From the NCBI GenBank assembly GCA_963782865.1, contig CAWALS010000018.1, positions 37,011 to 101,010 on the forward strand: a stretch of DNA of 64,000 nucleotides, given 5' to 3'. The stretch is from an uncultured Gammaproteobacteria bacterium. Lineage in GTDB: Bacteria; Pseudomonadota; Gammaproteobacteria; Steroidobacterales; Steroidobacteraceae. Positions 47,405-57,775 of this stretch are shown here, piece by piece; the first letter of the stretch is position 1, and every line of letters begins with the position of its first letter. The translations under genes were made by a program, and so were the position numbers. The notes below the pieces were generated by a model. That model saw only the letters and a list, made by a program, of their open reading frames with translations. It was not told the DNA's origin and ran no database searches.

Positions 47405-48719
47405 CTACTGAGCCTTGAGCTGCCAGGCAGGCTGCACGTGCGCAGCCCGCCAGGTCGGATACAGTCCGGCCAGCAGCGTTGCGCCTACCGCGAGCAGCAC
47501 CGCGATGGCCGTGTCGGTCAAATCCAGGTGCGCAAGGGCGACGAAGTTTTTGGCCAGCAGCGAGCGCGCCGCCATCAGCCCCAGCGCCGTCAACCCGAGA
47601 CCCAATATTCCGCCGGCGAGCCCGACCACGCCGGTCTCGACCAGGCACTGCGCGAAGATCGCGGCGCGGCTGGCACCGAGCGCGCGGCGCACACCGATGT
47701 CCCCCACGCGGCCCATGATTTTCGCGAGCATCAGTCCCATGGCGTTCATCAGGCATACCAGCAAGAATCCGAACGACACCAAAATCAGGATGCGCACCTC
47801 GTTGGGAACGATGTGCCGGTAGCGCAGCCATTCGGTGACATTGCGCAATTGGGTGTGCGGCGGCCAATGAAATCGTCCCAATCGTTGCTGTTCCGCCGCG
47901 TAATTGTTCAAGTATGCCCGGTACCTCGCCGCATCCGCGGCGCGTCGGCAATTCGACCCAGAACTGTAGCCATACGCATTCGGATCGCAACAGCACGTCA
48001 TAGGCCGTCCCGCCCTCACCATTGCATTTGATGCTGCCCAAGACTTTCATTTGCTTGTCGATGGCGCGCGTGTAGGGCATGAAGATCTCATCGCTCCTGC
48101 CGAACGGCTGAACCTGCACATCGTAGAAGCGCGGCAGGAGCTGCCAGTCGTCCAGCACGCCGATCACGGTATAGGGTTCGCTGTCCAGACGCACCGTCTT
48201 GCCCACGCTGTTCTGGCCGCCGAATAGGCGATCGTTCATCGCGCTCGTCAACACCACCACCGCGGCGCGATTTGCATCATCCGCCGCGGACCAGGCGCGC
48301 CCATATTTGAAGGGAGCGTCGAACATCGGGAAGAAGTCGGTATAGGTGGTTCGCACGTTGGCTTTGAACGGCTTTTGCCGCGGATCGTCAGGGCGTACGG
48401 ACAGCAAGGTCGCGAACATGGCGGCTTGACGTTTTGCCGCGTGCGCCTGCATGAACGCCGAGACGTCGATGTAGCTCAGCAGGTCTGGGAGACCGTCGGG
48501 GGAATCCTGAGGAGGCCTCTCCGGCGACCAGTTATCGATCTGCGGCGTATAAAGCTCGCTCGACTTCTGCGGAATCGGATCCCCGGACATGGCGCGAAAT
48601 ACGGTCAGCGACGTCATGCACGCGCCGATGCCGACCGCAATCGCCGCGATCATCAGGCCCGTCAAGACCATATTGCGCCGCAGGCTGCGAATCCCCAGTC
48701 GAAAATAGTAGCGAAACAT
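47405..48719 (-). pseudogene. FtsX/MacB-type ABC transporter permease (type 1, distal copy), with a single frameshift near 47943
   Basis: The N-terminal 258 aa (MFRYYFRLGIRSLRRNMVL...WVELP) and the C-terminal part (AADAARYRAYLNNY...GDIGVRRALGASRAAIF...QLKAQ*) lie in frames offset by one base. Confidence 0.8.
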
Positions 48720-48737
48720 CTTAAGCGCGCCGTAAGC

Positions 48738-49975
48738 CTAGGCTGCGCGCGTTGCCAATGCCGGCGGAATGGACGCCGCCTTCAACGCCGGCCACAGCAC
48801 CGCCGCTTGCCCAGCAGCAGCACGACGACCGCGCCGACCAGATGCGTAGCCGGTATTCAGGCGCTCCATGGCAAAGGCACTCACCATCCAGAGATTCAGC
48901 GACACCGCCAAGGCCGACGCCCGATCGCAGCGCCCGCGCCGGCGATCAATAAATTCTCCGTCTGGAAGTAGTGGATGATGGCATTGCGCGTCGCACCCAG
49001 CGCGCGGCGGATGCCGATCTGGCGCCGGCGCTGCGCCACCCAATAGCTGGTGAGTCCGACGATTCCGAACGCGGTGACAGCCAACAGCGCCGCGCACACC
49101 ACCCCCAGGATCACCACCAGACCGCGGTCGTCCTTGTAGATCTCCCTGCGCAGAGCCGTCATGCGGCCGCGTCTTCCCGATGACCCGCGCACGGCTGATG
49201 TCGAAAAGCTTCTTCGGCGCCGCCTGGATCACCGCCGCAGCCTGGCCGGGCTGCGCGCGCACGACGTACAGAACCGGATACGGGACCACGAGGTGAAAGG
49301 GCACGATGAAAGAATTGTCGTTGAAGCTGCTGCCCCATCCGCCCGCCGATACCCACGGCACTTGCAATCGATCGATCACTGCCGACGATGGGCACTTGGC
49401 CTTTCGAAAAATCGTCGTAGATGCACTGACCCACCGCATTCGCGCTGGGAAACAGCTTGTCGGCCAGCCCCGCGTGATGATGACTGCCGCGGGCGGCGCC
49501 TGAAGTCGGTGTAGCCGACCTTTCCGTGACTTCGGCGGAGATTGAAATTGCGGCCGGCGATCAGCTTAAGTCCCAGGGCGTGCAGACGCATGTTCGTCGC
49601 CAAAGTACAAGGCGGCCGTGCCGAGGCGTTCTTCTGGTCCGGATTCAGACTGATGCCCTCGGTCGAGCCGCCGTCGCTCAAGGGATAGGAATTGGTCGCA
49701 AACGCATCCTCAACGCCCGGCAAGGAGCGCAGCGCCGCAAGATCGCCCTGCAGCCGGGCCGCCATGATCGGGCGGATTACCGACCCATTGATTGTCGATG
49801 ACGATGACATTGGCCTCGTCGTCATGCCGGTCGGCCGTTGGCTCAGGGCAACCCGCTGTTCGATGATGAACAAGCGCATTGCAGAGGATCGCCAGCGTGA
49901 TCGCCATTTGCACGGCAATCAGGATCGCGCCGACCTTGTTGCGGCGCATGGCTGAAAGGATGGGACGAATTCCAT
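48738..49975 (-). pseudogene. FtsX/MacB-type permease (type 2, proximal copy), with many frameshifts
   Basis: Paralogue of 46177..47394. The ATG at 49975 follows TAGGAGG. Recognisable pieces include MRRNKVGAILIAVQMAITLAIL, LRSLPGVEDAFATNSYPL, LGLKLIAGRNF and RRRQIGIRRALGATRNAIIHYFQTENL, spread over all three frames. Confidence 0.75.
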
Positions 49976-49985
49976 GGTATGCCTC

Positions 49986-51317
49986 CTACTGAGCCTTGAG
50001 TTGCCAGGCCGGTTGAACTTGTGCGGCGCGCCAGGTGGGATACAGCCCGGCCAGCGTGGTCGCCAACACCGCCAGGGTCACGGCGATGGCGATGTCCGCG
50101 GGACTGAAGTGCGTCAGGCGGGTCGACTTGCTCGGACAGCAGCGAGCGCAGGCCCATGAGTCCCAACGCCGTGAGCGCCAGCCCCAGCAGGCCGCCCGCC
50201 AGGCCGACCACGCCCGCCTCGATCAGGCACTGGCCGAAAATGGCGCCGCGACTGGCGCCGAGCGCGCGCCGCACGCCGATGTCGCCGGCGCGCCCCATGA
50301 TTTTCGCCAGCATCAAGCCCATGGCATTGAGCAGGCACACCAACAGAAAGCTGAACGACACCAGCACCAGAATTCGCACTTCGTCGGTGACGGCGTGCTG
50401 ATAGACCAGCCACTCGCGTACATCGCGTATCCGCGTGTGCGGCGGCCAGTGAAAGCGCCCGGAACGCTGCTGCTCCGCCGCGTAGTTGTTCAGGAAGGCG
50501 CGATAGCGCTCGCACGTCCGCCGCGGCTGGGCAACTCCGCCCAGAACTGGATCCAGATGCATTCGGAATGCAGGTGGCCTTCCCAGCCGGGCTGCCATGG
50601 CATCGCCGGCGCAATTGTTGTTGCCCCAACTCGCATTTGGCCGTCGATGGCGCGCGTGAAGGGAATAAAAAGCTGCTTCGCCCTCGCCGTATTGATCGTT
50701 GTTGAGATCGTAGAATTGCGGCGTCGGCTCCCAGCGGTCCAAGACGCCGACCACCCGGATATTCGTGACCGTCGAGATTGATGCGTCTTGCCGACGGAAT
50801 TGGCGCCGCCGAATACCTTGTCGTTGAGTTGTTGCGTAATCACGACGACATCGGCGTGATCGTCGTCGTCAGCCGCGTCCACGGGCCGCCCGCCAGAAAC
50901 GGCGTCATGGAACATCTTGAAGAAATCCGTATAGGTCGCGCGAATCTGCACTTGAAACGGCCGCAGGTCGGGATTCGCAGGGGTCAGGGCCGCACCCGTC
51001 TCGTACATCGCGGCTCTGCCGGTGGGCCGCGTGCGCGTTCATCAGCCCGACCGCGTCGATATAGCTGATCTGATCCTGAAAGCGCTCCTTATCGCCGGGT
51101 ACGATGCCTTTGGCTTCGGGACCCCAATTATCGATCTGCACGCGCGAACAGCTGACGCGGATTTCTGCGGGATGGGGTCGCTGTCCATGGCCCGAAAGAC
51201 GGTCAGCGTCGTCATGGAAGCGCCGATGCCGACGCCGATGGCGGCAATCATCAGCACGGTGAGCACGATGTTGCGCTTGAGGCTGCGCAGCGCGAGGCCG
51301 AGATAGTAGTTGAACAT
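49986..51317 (-). pseudogene. FtsX/MacB-type permease (type 1, proximal copy), with many frameshifts
   Basis: Paralogue of 47405..48719. [53 protein letters not shown], then fragments, then FHWPPHTRIRDVREW...GDIGVRRALGASRGAIF in other frames. The ATG at 51317 follows AAGGAGG. Confidence 0.75.
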
Positions 51318-51327
51318 GGTGGCCTCC

Positions 51328-52035
51328 TTAAGGGTTGGCGTTCGCGGTGGCGACCAAGCGGCGGCTGGGCCGCCAGATCGACCACCTGGCCGTCGACGAT
51401 ATGCACCTCGCGCTGCGCGCGCACCGCAAGTTCCGGATCATGCGTCACCATCACGATGGTCGCGCCGTCGCGATGCAGCTCCTCGAGCAGATCCATGACG
51501 CCGCGCGCCATCTGCGTATCGAGATTGCCGGTCGGTTCATCCGCCAGCAGCAGCCGCGGCGAGCCCGCCAGCGCGCGCGCGATGGCGACGCGCTGCTGCT
51601 GGCCGCCCGACAGTTCCGCCGGGTAGTGCCGCGCGCGCGCCGACAGGCCGACGCGCCCAGCGACTCCTGGATGCGGCGGCGTCTTTCGGCGGCGTTGAAG
51701 CCGCGATAGCGCAGCGGCACATCGATGTTGTCCTGCACGTTCAGGTCGGCGATCAGATTGAAGGCCTGAAAGATGAAGCCGATCTTCTCATTGCGCAGCC
51801 GCGAGCGCTGGTTGTCGTTCAGGCCGCGCACATTGGCGCCATCCAGCTGGTACTCGCCGCCGCTGAACTCCTCGAGCAGCCCCGCGATGGTCAGGAAAGT
51901 GGTCTTGCCCGAGCCCGAGGCCCGGTGACCGCGACGAACTCGCCCTCGCGCACGTGGATCGAGAAGTCCCGCAGCGCGTAAGGTCTCGACGACTTCGGTG
52001 CGATAGGCTTTGGAGAGGTGGGTCATTTTCAGCAT
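51328..52035 (-). pseudogene. ABC transporter ATP-binding protein (MacB/LolD-type), with about 5 frameshifts
   Basis: MLKMTHLSKAYRTEVVET..., SGSGKTTFL (Walker A), [11 protein letters not shown], then in another frame [15 protein letters not shown] / [12 protein letters not shown] / VMVTHD. The start overlaps the HlyD stop (ATGCTGA). Confidence 0.8.
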
Positions 52036-53371
52036 GGTGTGGTCTCACGGGCTGGTTGTTCAATGCAGTGACTGAGGATGACGCGCTGCGCGCCGTTGAA
52101 AGCATCGGTGCCGGAGATGACGACCTGATCGCCGACGGCCAGGCCGTCGAGGATCTCCGACCTTGGCGATGCTGGCGGCGCCCAAGCGCACCGGCCGTGC
52201 GCTCGGCGATGTTGCCGTGAACCACGTAGGCGAAACCGCCGCCTTCCTGATCCACGAAGGAGCCGCGATCGACCATCAGCACGTTGTCGCGCCGGTCGAT
52301 GAAAATGCGCACCGACAGGCGCTGGCTTTGGCGCAGGCCTGCCGGCTTCTCCGCGCCGAAGCGCAGCCGGGCCGTAACTTGACCGGCGACGACTTCGGGC
52401 GACACGCCGCTGACCACGCCCTGCCAGTGATGGCCGCCGCCTTCCAAGTCGGCGGTCATGCCGGGACGCAGATCGCGCGCCAGACTCTCGGTAACCTTGA
52501 TCTCGACTTCGAGCGCCGACAGATCGACAACCGTCAGCAACGGCGCGTCCTTGGCGACGCTGGCGCGATCGGCGACTTGCACCTGGCCCACTTGGCCGTC
52601 GACCGGCGACTTGACATTCAAGCCGTCAACCTGACGCTGCAGATCGCTCACCATGAATTGCTGCCGATCGAACAGCGCCTTCTTGCTGTCGACATCGAAG
52701 CGATTTTGCTTCGGCTGCTCATCGTAGTTGCTTTTCGCTTGCTGGAGGGCGAACTGCGCTTTCTCCAAAGCGTCCTCCGCCCTGAGCGCCTGCAACTCCG
52801 AATAGGAGCCCTGTTCGTAAGCCTTGCGGCTTCGGTCGCGTTCGCGCTGCGCCGTCTTTTGATCGACCTCGGCTTGATTATAGGCGTCGCGCAGCTGCGA
52901 AAGCGTATGCTCCGCGTTGAGGATCGCCCGCTGCCAATCGAGGCGCAGACTCGCCAGGGTGGCCTCTTCCTGCGAGAGCTTCGCGGTCAAGTCCGGGCTG
53001 TCGACAACCGCGAGCACCTGACCTTTGGTGACCGTGTCGCCGGCGTGGACCTTGAGCGTGACGGTCCCCAGGGCGTTGGCGTAGAGAGTCGGGCTGACCG
53101 CGGCCACCACTTGGCCGTCGGCGGAAATGTCGCGGATGAAATTGCCGCGCTCCACCGTCGCAATCGACACCCGCGAGCGGTCAACGGAAACTCCGGCGCC
53201 GGAATAGTGCGTCAGGAGCACGAGCAACGCAATGATCAGGACGCCTGCGATCGCGCCGGCCACAATCAGCTTGCGGTGACGCTTGAGGGGATTTTTCGGT
53301 TCGATCACGCGATCCTGCGCGGATGTATCGCGAAGCATGATGGGTTCCTTGGGGAGCAATCGCATGCTCAC
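52029..53371 (-). pseudogene. HlyD/MacA-family periplasmic adaptor, with two frameshifts near the 3' end (about 52155 and 52190)
   Basis: TM anchor LIVAGAIAGVLIIALLVLL, a lipoyl/barrel domain, a long coiled coil and a beta-barrel. The tail RLGAASIAKV / EILDGLAVGDQVVISG... is in shifted frames. An alternative start at M12 (53338) follows AAGGAA. Confidence 0.8.
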
Positions 53372-54726
53372 GCGGCTTTCTCGATGAGAAGGTTGTCGAT
53401 GGCAACAAGATCCTGCTCGGTCAATCGACCGGCTTGTTGCTTGAGGGTGAGCACATTGGTCAGGTAATCGTAGCGCGCCTGGGCGAAAGCGCGCCGCGCC
53501 GCGTAGTAGTTGTTCTGCGCATTCAACAGTTCGAATTCGGTGCCGGTACCGAATTCGACATTGCGCCGCATGGCCTCGACCGCGCGCTCGCCGGAGTCCA
53601 CCGCGCGGCGCGCCGCGCCGATGCGCTGAATCCCGGTCACGATGCCGCGAAAGGCGGCGCGAGTCTGCGTCTCGGTATTGCGTTTGGAGGCTTCATAATT
53701 GGCTTCGGCTTGGCGAAACAGGGCGCGGGATTGGCGCACCGCCGATGCGATGGCGCCGCCGGAGAACAGCGGCCAGCTGAACGACACGCCGATGGTGTCC
53801 AGCGTTTGATTGCCGCCGAGCACCTCATCCTGCGTAATCTTGGATCCGGAGCCGGTCAGCGAGATTGTCGGCAAGCCGCGTCCGCGCTGCACCGAGATAT
53901 CCCGCGAGGCCGCTTCCATGGAGAGCTGCGCGGTGCGCACGTCGAAGTTCTCCAGCCGTGCGGAGGCCACCCATTCATCCGCGGTGGCCGGGTCCGGCGA
54001 GAGCAAAGGAATGTCCTCGCGCAGGGGAGCGACGCCGTCGACGTGTTGGCCGACGATCTGGGTCAGCGCAAGATTTGCATCATCCAGCGCATTGCGCGCG
54101 TCGATGACGGGTTGTTCCGTCGCATCGTAATAAGCTTGTGCCTGGTCCACGTCGCTGCGCGGGCCGACGCCGGTCTGCTCACGCGACTTGGCTTGGTTGA
54201 GCAGCGTGCTGAAGGCTTTGCGCTCGGCAACGTTGGTGGCAAGCTGATCAGCGGCAGAGAGGATGCCGAAGTAGGCTTGCGCCACCCGCAGCAATAAACT
54301 CTGCTGAGCACCTTGGAAATTGGCCTCCGCCGCGGCGACCTGGAAATTCGCTTCCTTGAGCTGGCTGAATGACTGGAAACTCCACAGCGTTTGCGACAGG
54401 TTAAGGCCCAAGGTGTGTGCCGTGCCGTAACAGTGTTGCGTGCTCGCGGTGGAGCTGATCGCGCAATCGGCAGCCTGGCTGCCGAGCGCCGGCCCGCTAT
54501 CGAATCCGGCCTTTTCCCGCGCGGCGGATGCGTTCGCAGCGACCTGCGGCAACCACTGCGCGATCGCCTGGGGACGTGCTTCAACCAACGCGTCGCGCTG
54601 GAAATGCGCGGCTTGCAGCGTGGTGTCCCGGGTCAGCGCAAGTTCGTAGAACTGCTTCAAATCATTGGCGGCCGCGACCCGGGCCGACAAGGCCAAGATG
54701 CCCAACAGGAATGCACCTCGATACAT
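53368..54726 (-). CDS. tolC: TolC-family outer membrane efflux protein
   Basis: 452 aa with signal peptide MYRGAFLLGILALSARVAAA and two repeats of the OEP domain. The stop overlaps the adaptor start. Intact. Confidence 0.9.
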   Translation of the reverse strand: MYRGAFLLGILALSARVAAANDLKQFYELALTRDTTLQAAHFQRDALVEARPQAIAQWLPQVAANASAAREKAGFDSGPALGSQAADCAISSTASTQHCYGTAHTLGLNLSQTLWSFQSFSQLKEANFQVAAAEANFQGAQQSLLLRVAQAYFGILSAADQLATNVAERKAFSTLLNQAKSREQTGVGPRSDVDQAQAYYDATEQPVIDARNALDDANLALTQIVGQHVDGVAPLREDIPLLSPDPATADEWVASARLENFDVRTAQLSMEAASRDISVQRGRGLPTISLTGSGSKITQDEVLGGNQTLDTIGVSFSWPLFSGGAIASAVRQSRALFRQAEANYEASKRNTETQTRAAFRGIVTGIQRIGAARRAVDSGERAVEAMRRNVEFGTGTEFELLNAQNNYYAARRAFAQARYDYLTNVLTLKQQAGRLTEQDLVAIDNLLIEKAA

Positions 54727-54738
54727 GCCCTAAGGCAA

Positions 54739-54754
54739 AGCAAGGCGCATGCCA
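54739..54754 (-). promoter_or_regulatory. sigma-54 (-24/-12) promoter TGGCAT-N5-TTGCT immediately upstream of tolC
   Basis: The minus strand reads TGGCATGCGCCTTGCT, with correct GG-N10-GC spacing. The predicted start site falls only about 2 nt before the tolC ATG. Confidence 0.5.
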
Positions 54755-54817
54755 GCGCTATAGCCAGCGCAAGCTATTGTTTATAGGAGTTTTATTTTTT
54801 TATTCATTGCGTACGGT

Positions 54818-54840
54818 GTCCGCGGACAGTGTCCGCGGAC
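54818..54840. promoter_or_regulatory. two tandem copies of the 10-bp palindrome GTCCGCGGAC (candidate enhancer/UAS for the NtrC-type regulator)
   Basis: Copies at 54818-54827 and 54831-54840, separated by 3 bp. They lie ~65-100 bp upstream of the -24/-12 element, and an AT-rich tract (54775-54810) containing an IHF-like AACAATAGCTTG lies in between. Confidence 0.4.
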
Positions 54841-54916
54841 GGCGCCGGACAGTGCGCCGGCCGCGGGGAGCCTGCGTACAACGCGGCTCACGTTGAATAG
54901 TCAGAAGGCTGCTAGG

Positions 54917-55909
54917 CTATCGGTTGACATCGACGATCAGCCGGCCGCGGACCTGGCCCTCTAAAACCAAGGCGGCGCGCTCCAACGCCTGCGCCAGCGT
55001 GATCTCCTGCGCCAGCAGTTCGAGCTTATTGACCTCAAGATCCCGGCTCAATCGCCGCCAAGCTTCCACCCGGTCGGGACGTGGACGCATGACACTGTCA
55101 ATGCCCGCCAAGGTGATGCCGCGCAATATGAACGGTGCGACCGAGGCCGGGAAATCCATGCCGCCGGCCAGGCCGCAAGCAGCGACTACACCGCCGTAAC
55201 GCAGCGATGCACAGACGTTGGCCAACATGTGGCTGCCAACCACGTCGATCGCTGCGGCCCAACGCTCCTTGGCCAGCGGCTTGCCCGCTCCCGCATAGGC
55301 TGCGCGATCCAGTATCTCTGCGGCGCCCAACTGCTTCAGGAAATCCGATTCCGCCGGCCGGCCAGTCATCGCGGCGACCCTGAACCCAAGTTTGGACAGC
55401 AAGGCAACCGCAACGCTGCCCACCCCTCCGGCCGCGCCGGTCACCAGGATCTCGCCATCGCCGGGGGTGACGCCATGCCGCTCCAAGGCCATGACACTCA
55501 ACATGGCCGTGTATCCGGCGGTACCCACGGCCATCGCCTGGCGCGCCGTAAGCGCTCCTGGCAGCGGAATCAGCCAGTCTGCCTTGACGCGCGCGCGCTG
55601 CGCGAGTCCGCCCCAATGAGTCTCCCCGACCCCCCAACCGTTCAGCACGACTTTGTCGCCGCTCTTGTAAGAAGGGTTGCCGGACTCCTCGACGGTACCG
55701 GCGAAATCGATTCCAGGCACCATGGGAAACTGGCGCACCACCGGCCCCTTGCCGGTCAGGGCCAGTGCGTCCTTGTAGTTGAGGGTCGAATACTCGACGC
55801 GCACGGTGACATCGCCCGGCGGCAATTGCGCCTCATCGAGTTTTTTTAAGCTCGCCCGGTACGGCGGAGGGTCGCGCTCGACTAGAATTGCATTGAACAT
55901 GCGGGCCAT
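54917..55909 (-). CDS. YhdH/AcuI-family NADPH-dependent oxidoreductase (acrylyl-CoA reductase-like MDR)
   Basis: 330 aa with [24 protein letters not shown] and TGAAGGVGS. Confidence 0.85.
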   Translation of the reverse strand: MARMFNAILVERDPPPYRASLKKLDEAQLPPGDVTVRVEYSTLNYKDALALTGKGPVVRQFPMVPGIDFAGTVEESGNPSYKSGDKVVLNGWGVGETHWGGLAQRARVKADWLIPLPGALTARQAMAVGTAGYTAMLSVMALERHGVTPGDGEILVTGAAGGVGSVAVALLSKLGFRVAAMTGRPAESDFLKQLGAAEILDRAAYAGAGKPLAKERWAAAIDVVGSHMLANVCASLRYGGVVAACGLAGGMDFPASVAPFILRGITLAGIDSVMRPRPDRVEAWRRLSRDLEVNKLELLAQEITLAQALERAALVLEGQVRGRLIVDVNR

Positions 55910-56037
55910 CTAACAAGACCCACGACTCGACGTCAATCCGAGTGCACCGGCCCCGGTCCCATTAACCAGGAACGCACATCTGACTTAAGATGTCTGGGTT
56001 GGGGCACCCTATTCCGTTTCCAAATGCGAGCACTTAA

Positions 56038-57063
56038 ATGAACCTGGCACGATTCCCAAGAATTCGCTTCGCGCATCTGCCGACGCCGCTGGAATACTTG
56101 CCGAATTTGAGCAAAGCGCTCAACGGCCCGGAGATTTGGATCAAGCGCGACGATTGCACCGGGATGTCAACGGGCGGCAATAAGACGCGCAAGCTCGAGT
56201 TCTTGCTCGCCGAGGCCAGGCAGCACGGCGCGGACATCGTTCTGACGCAAGGCGCCACGCAATCAAATCACGCGCGCCAAACCGCGGCATGCGCCGCTAA
56301 GATGCGCATCGATTGCCACATACTGCTCGAGGATCGAACCGGCAAGACCGACCACGACTACAACGAAAGCGGCAATGTGCTGCTGGACCAGTTGCACGGC
56401 GCCAGCATCGAACGTTGCCCGGCCAATCCGGATATGAATGGCGAACTCGCCAAAGTCGCCGCAAGATTCAAGAGCGAAGGACGCAAGCCTTATCTCATTC
56501 CAGGCGGGGGATCGAACCCCACCGGCGCACTCGGCTATGTCAACGCCGCGATGGAACTCATCGGGCAGGCCAATGACTTGGGGCTGCGCATCGATCATGT
56601 GGTGCACGCGACGGGCAGCGCAGGAACCCAGGCGGGCTTGATTGCCGGACTCGCCGGCATTAGGTCCGGCGTGCCCTTGTTAGGGATCGGGGTTCGCGCG
56701 CCTCGCGACGCCCAAGAGGAAAACGTGTTCAAGCTCGCCTGCGCCACCGCTGATCTCTGCGGGACGCCCGGCGCGGTGCGGCGCGAAGACGTCGTCGCGA
56801 ACTGCGACTACGTCGGCAAGGGATACGGATTCTCCACGCCCGGTTCACTCGATGCCATCCAAATGCTCGCCCGGCTCGAAGGTATTCTGCTCGATCCGGT
56901 TTACACCGGCAAAGGCATGGCCGGATTTTTAGACTTGATTCGCTCCGGGCGGTTCAAGAAGGGGCAAAACGTGGTGTTCATCCACACCGGCGGCAGCGTG
57001 GGGCTGTTCGGCTATGTCGATGACTTCGGTTTTGGCCGTTCGCTCAAGTCCAAAGCGGCCTGA
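56038..57063 (+). CDS. dcyD: D-cysteine desulfhydrase / ACC deaminase family PLP enzyme
   Basis: 341 aa with [29 protein letters not shown] (PLP lysine) and [11 protein letters not shown]. Confidence 0.8.
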   Translation: MNLARFPRIRFAHLPTPLEYLPNLSKALNGPEIWIKRDDCTGMSTGGNKTRKLEFLLAEARQHGADIVLTQGATQSNHARQTAACAAKMRIDCHILLEDRTGKTDHDYNESGNVLLDQLHGASIERCPANPDMNGELAKVAARFKSEGRKPYLIPGGGSNPTGALGYVNAAMELIGQANDLGLRIDHVVHATGSAGTQAGLIAGLAGIRSGVPLLGIGVRAPRDAQEENVFKLACATADLCGTPGAVRREDVVANCDYVGKGYGFSTPGSLDAIQMLARLEGILLDPVYTGKGMAGFLDLIRSGRFKKGQNVVFIHTGGSVGLFGYVDDFGFGRSLKSKAA

Positions 57064-57070
57064 ATTGGCG

Positions 57071-57775
57071 ATGCATCGCGTCGTGGGGATCATTGGCGGG
57101 ATGGGCCCGGAGGCCACCTTGGACCTCATGCGCCGCGTATTGGCAAAGACGCCGGCGCAGGACGATCAGGATCACATTCATCTGATTGTGGAGAGCAATC
57201 CGAAGATTCCCTCGCGCATTGCACACTTGATCGAGGGGACGGGCGCCGACCCCACCCCCGAACTTATCCGCATTGCCCGAAACCTCGAGCGCGCCGGCGC
57301 CGAGGCGCTGGCGATCCCCTGCAACACCGCCCATGCCTATGCGCATTCGATTCGCCGGGCGGTCAGCATCCCGCTGCTCGATATGGTGCAGCTGACCGTC
57401 GATCAGATCGCCGGCTCGCGGCGCGTTGCGCGCGTGGGGCTGCTGGCTTCCTCGGCGGTGCTCGCGACCGAGCTCTACGCGAAATCATTCGCCGGCCACG
57501 GTATCGCCGTCGTCCCTCCGGCGCGGCAGGACGATGTCATGTCGCTGATCAAAGCGGTAAAGCGCGGCGAAACGGGAGCGCAAATCCAAGCGGCGCTCGC
57601 GCGCACCGCTCTCGATCTCGCGGATCAAGCCGATGTGTTGCTGGTCGGCTGCAGCGAGCTGTCCGTGATCGCCGCCGCAATCACCGCGCCTTTCGTCGAT
57701 TCATTGGACGTGCAGGCGCAGGCCATCGTGACTTTCGCGACCTCGGTCCAGGAGCCGGTCCGCCTGGCTCCTTAG
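57071..57775 (+). CDS. aspartate/glutamate racemase family protein
   Basis: Start at MHRVVGIIGGMGPEAT. First catalytic region IPCNTAHAY, second LLVGCSELS. Confidence 0.85.
   Translation: MHRVVGIIGGMGPEATLDLMRRVLAKTPAQDDQDHIHLIVESNPKIPSRIAHLIEGTGADPTPELIRIARNLERAGAEALAIPCNTAHAYAHSIRRAVSIPLLDMVQLTVDQIAGSRRVARVGLLASSAVLATELYAKSFAGHGIAVVPPARQDDVMSLIKAVKRGETGAQIQAALARTALDLADQADVLLVGCSELSVIAAAITAPFVDSLDVQAQAIVTFATSVQEPVRLAP

Noticed and set aside
54818-54840. The paired GTCCGCGGAC palindromes as an intrinsic terminator of the upstream acuI-like gene
   Set aside because: They can form a 10-bp hairpin. On the minus-strand transcript, however, the hairpin is followed by an A-rich tract, not a U-rich one. 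An enhancer or operator role fits the position relative to the -24/-12 element better.
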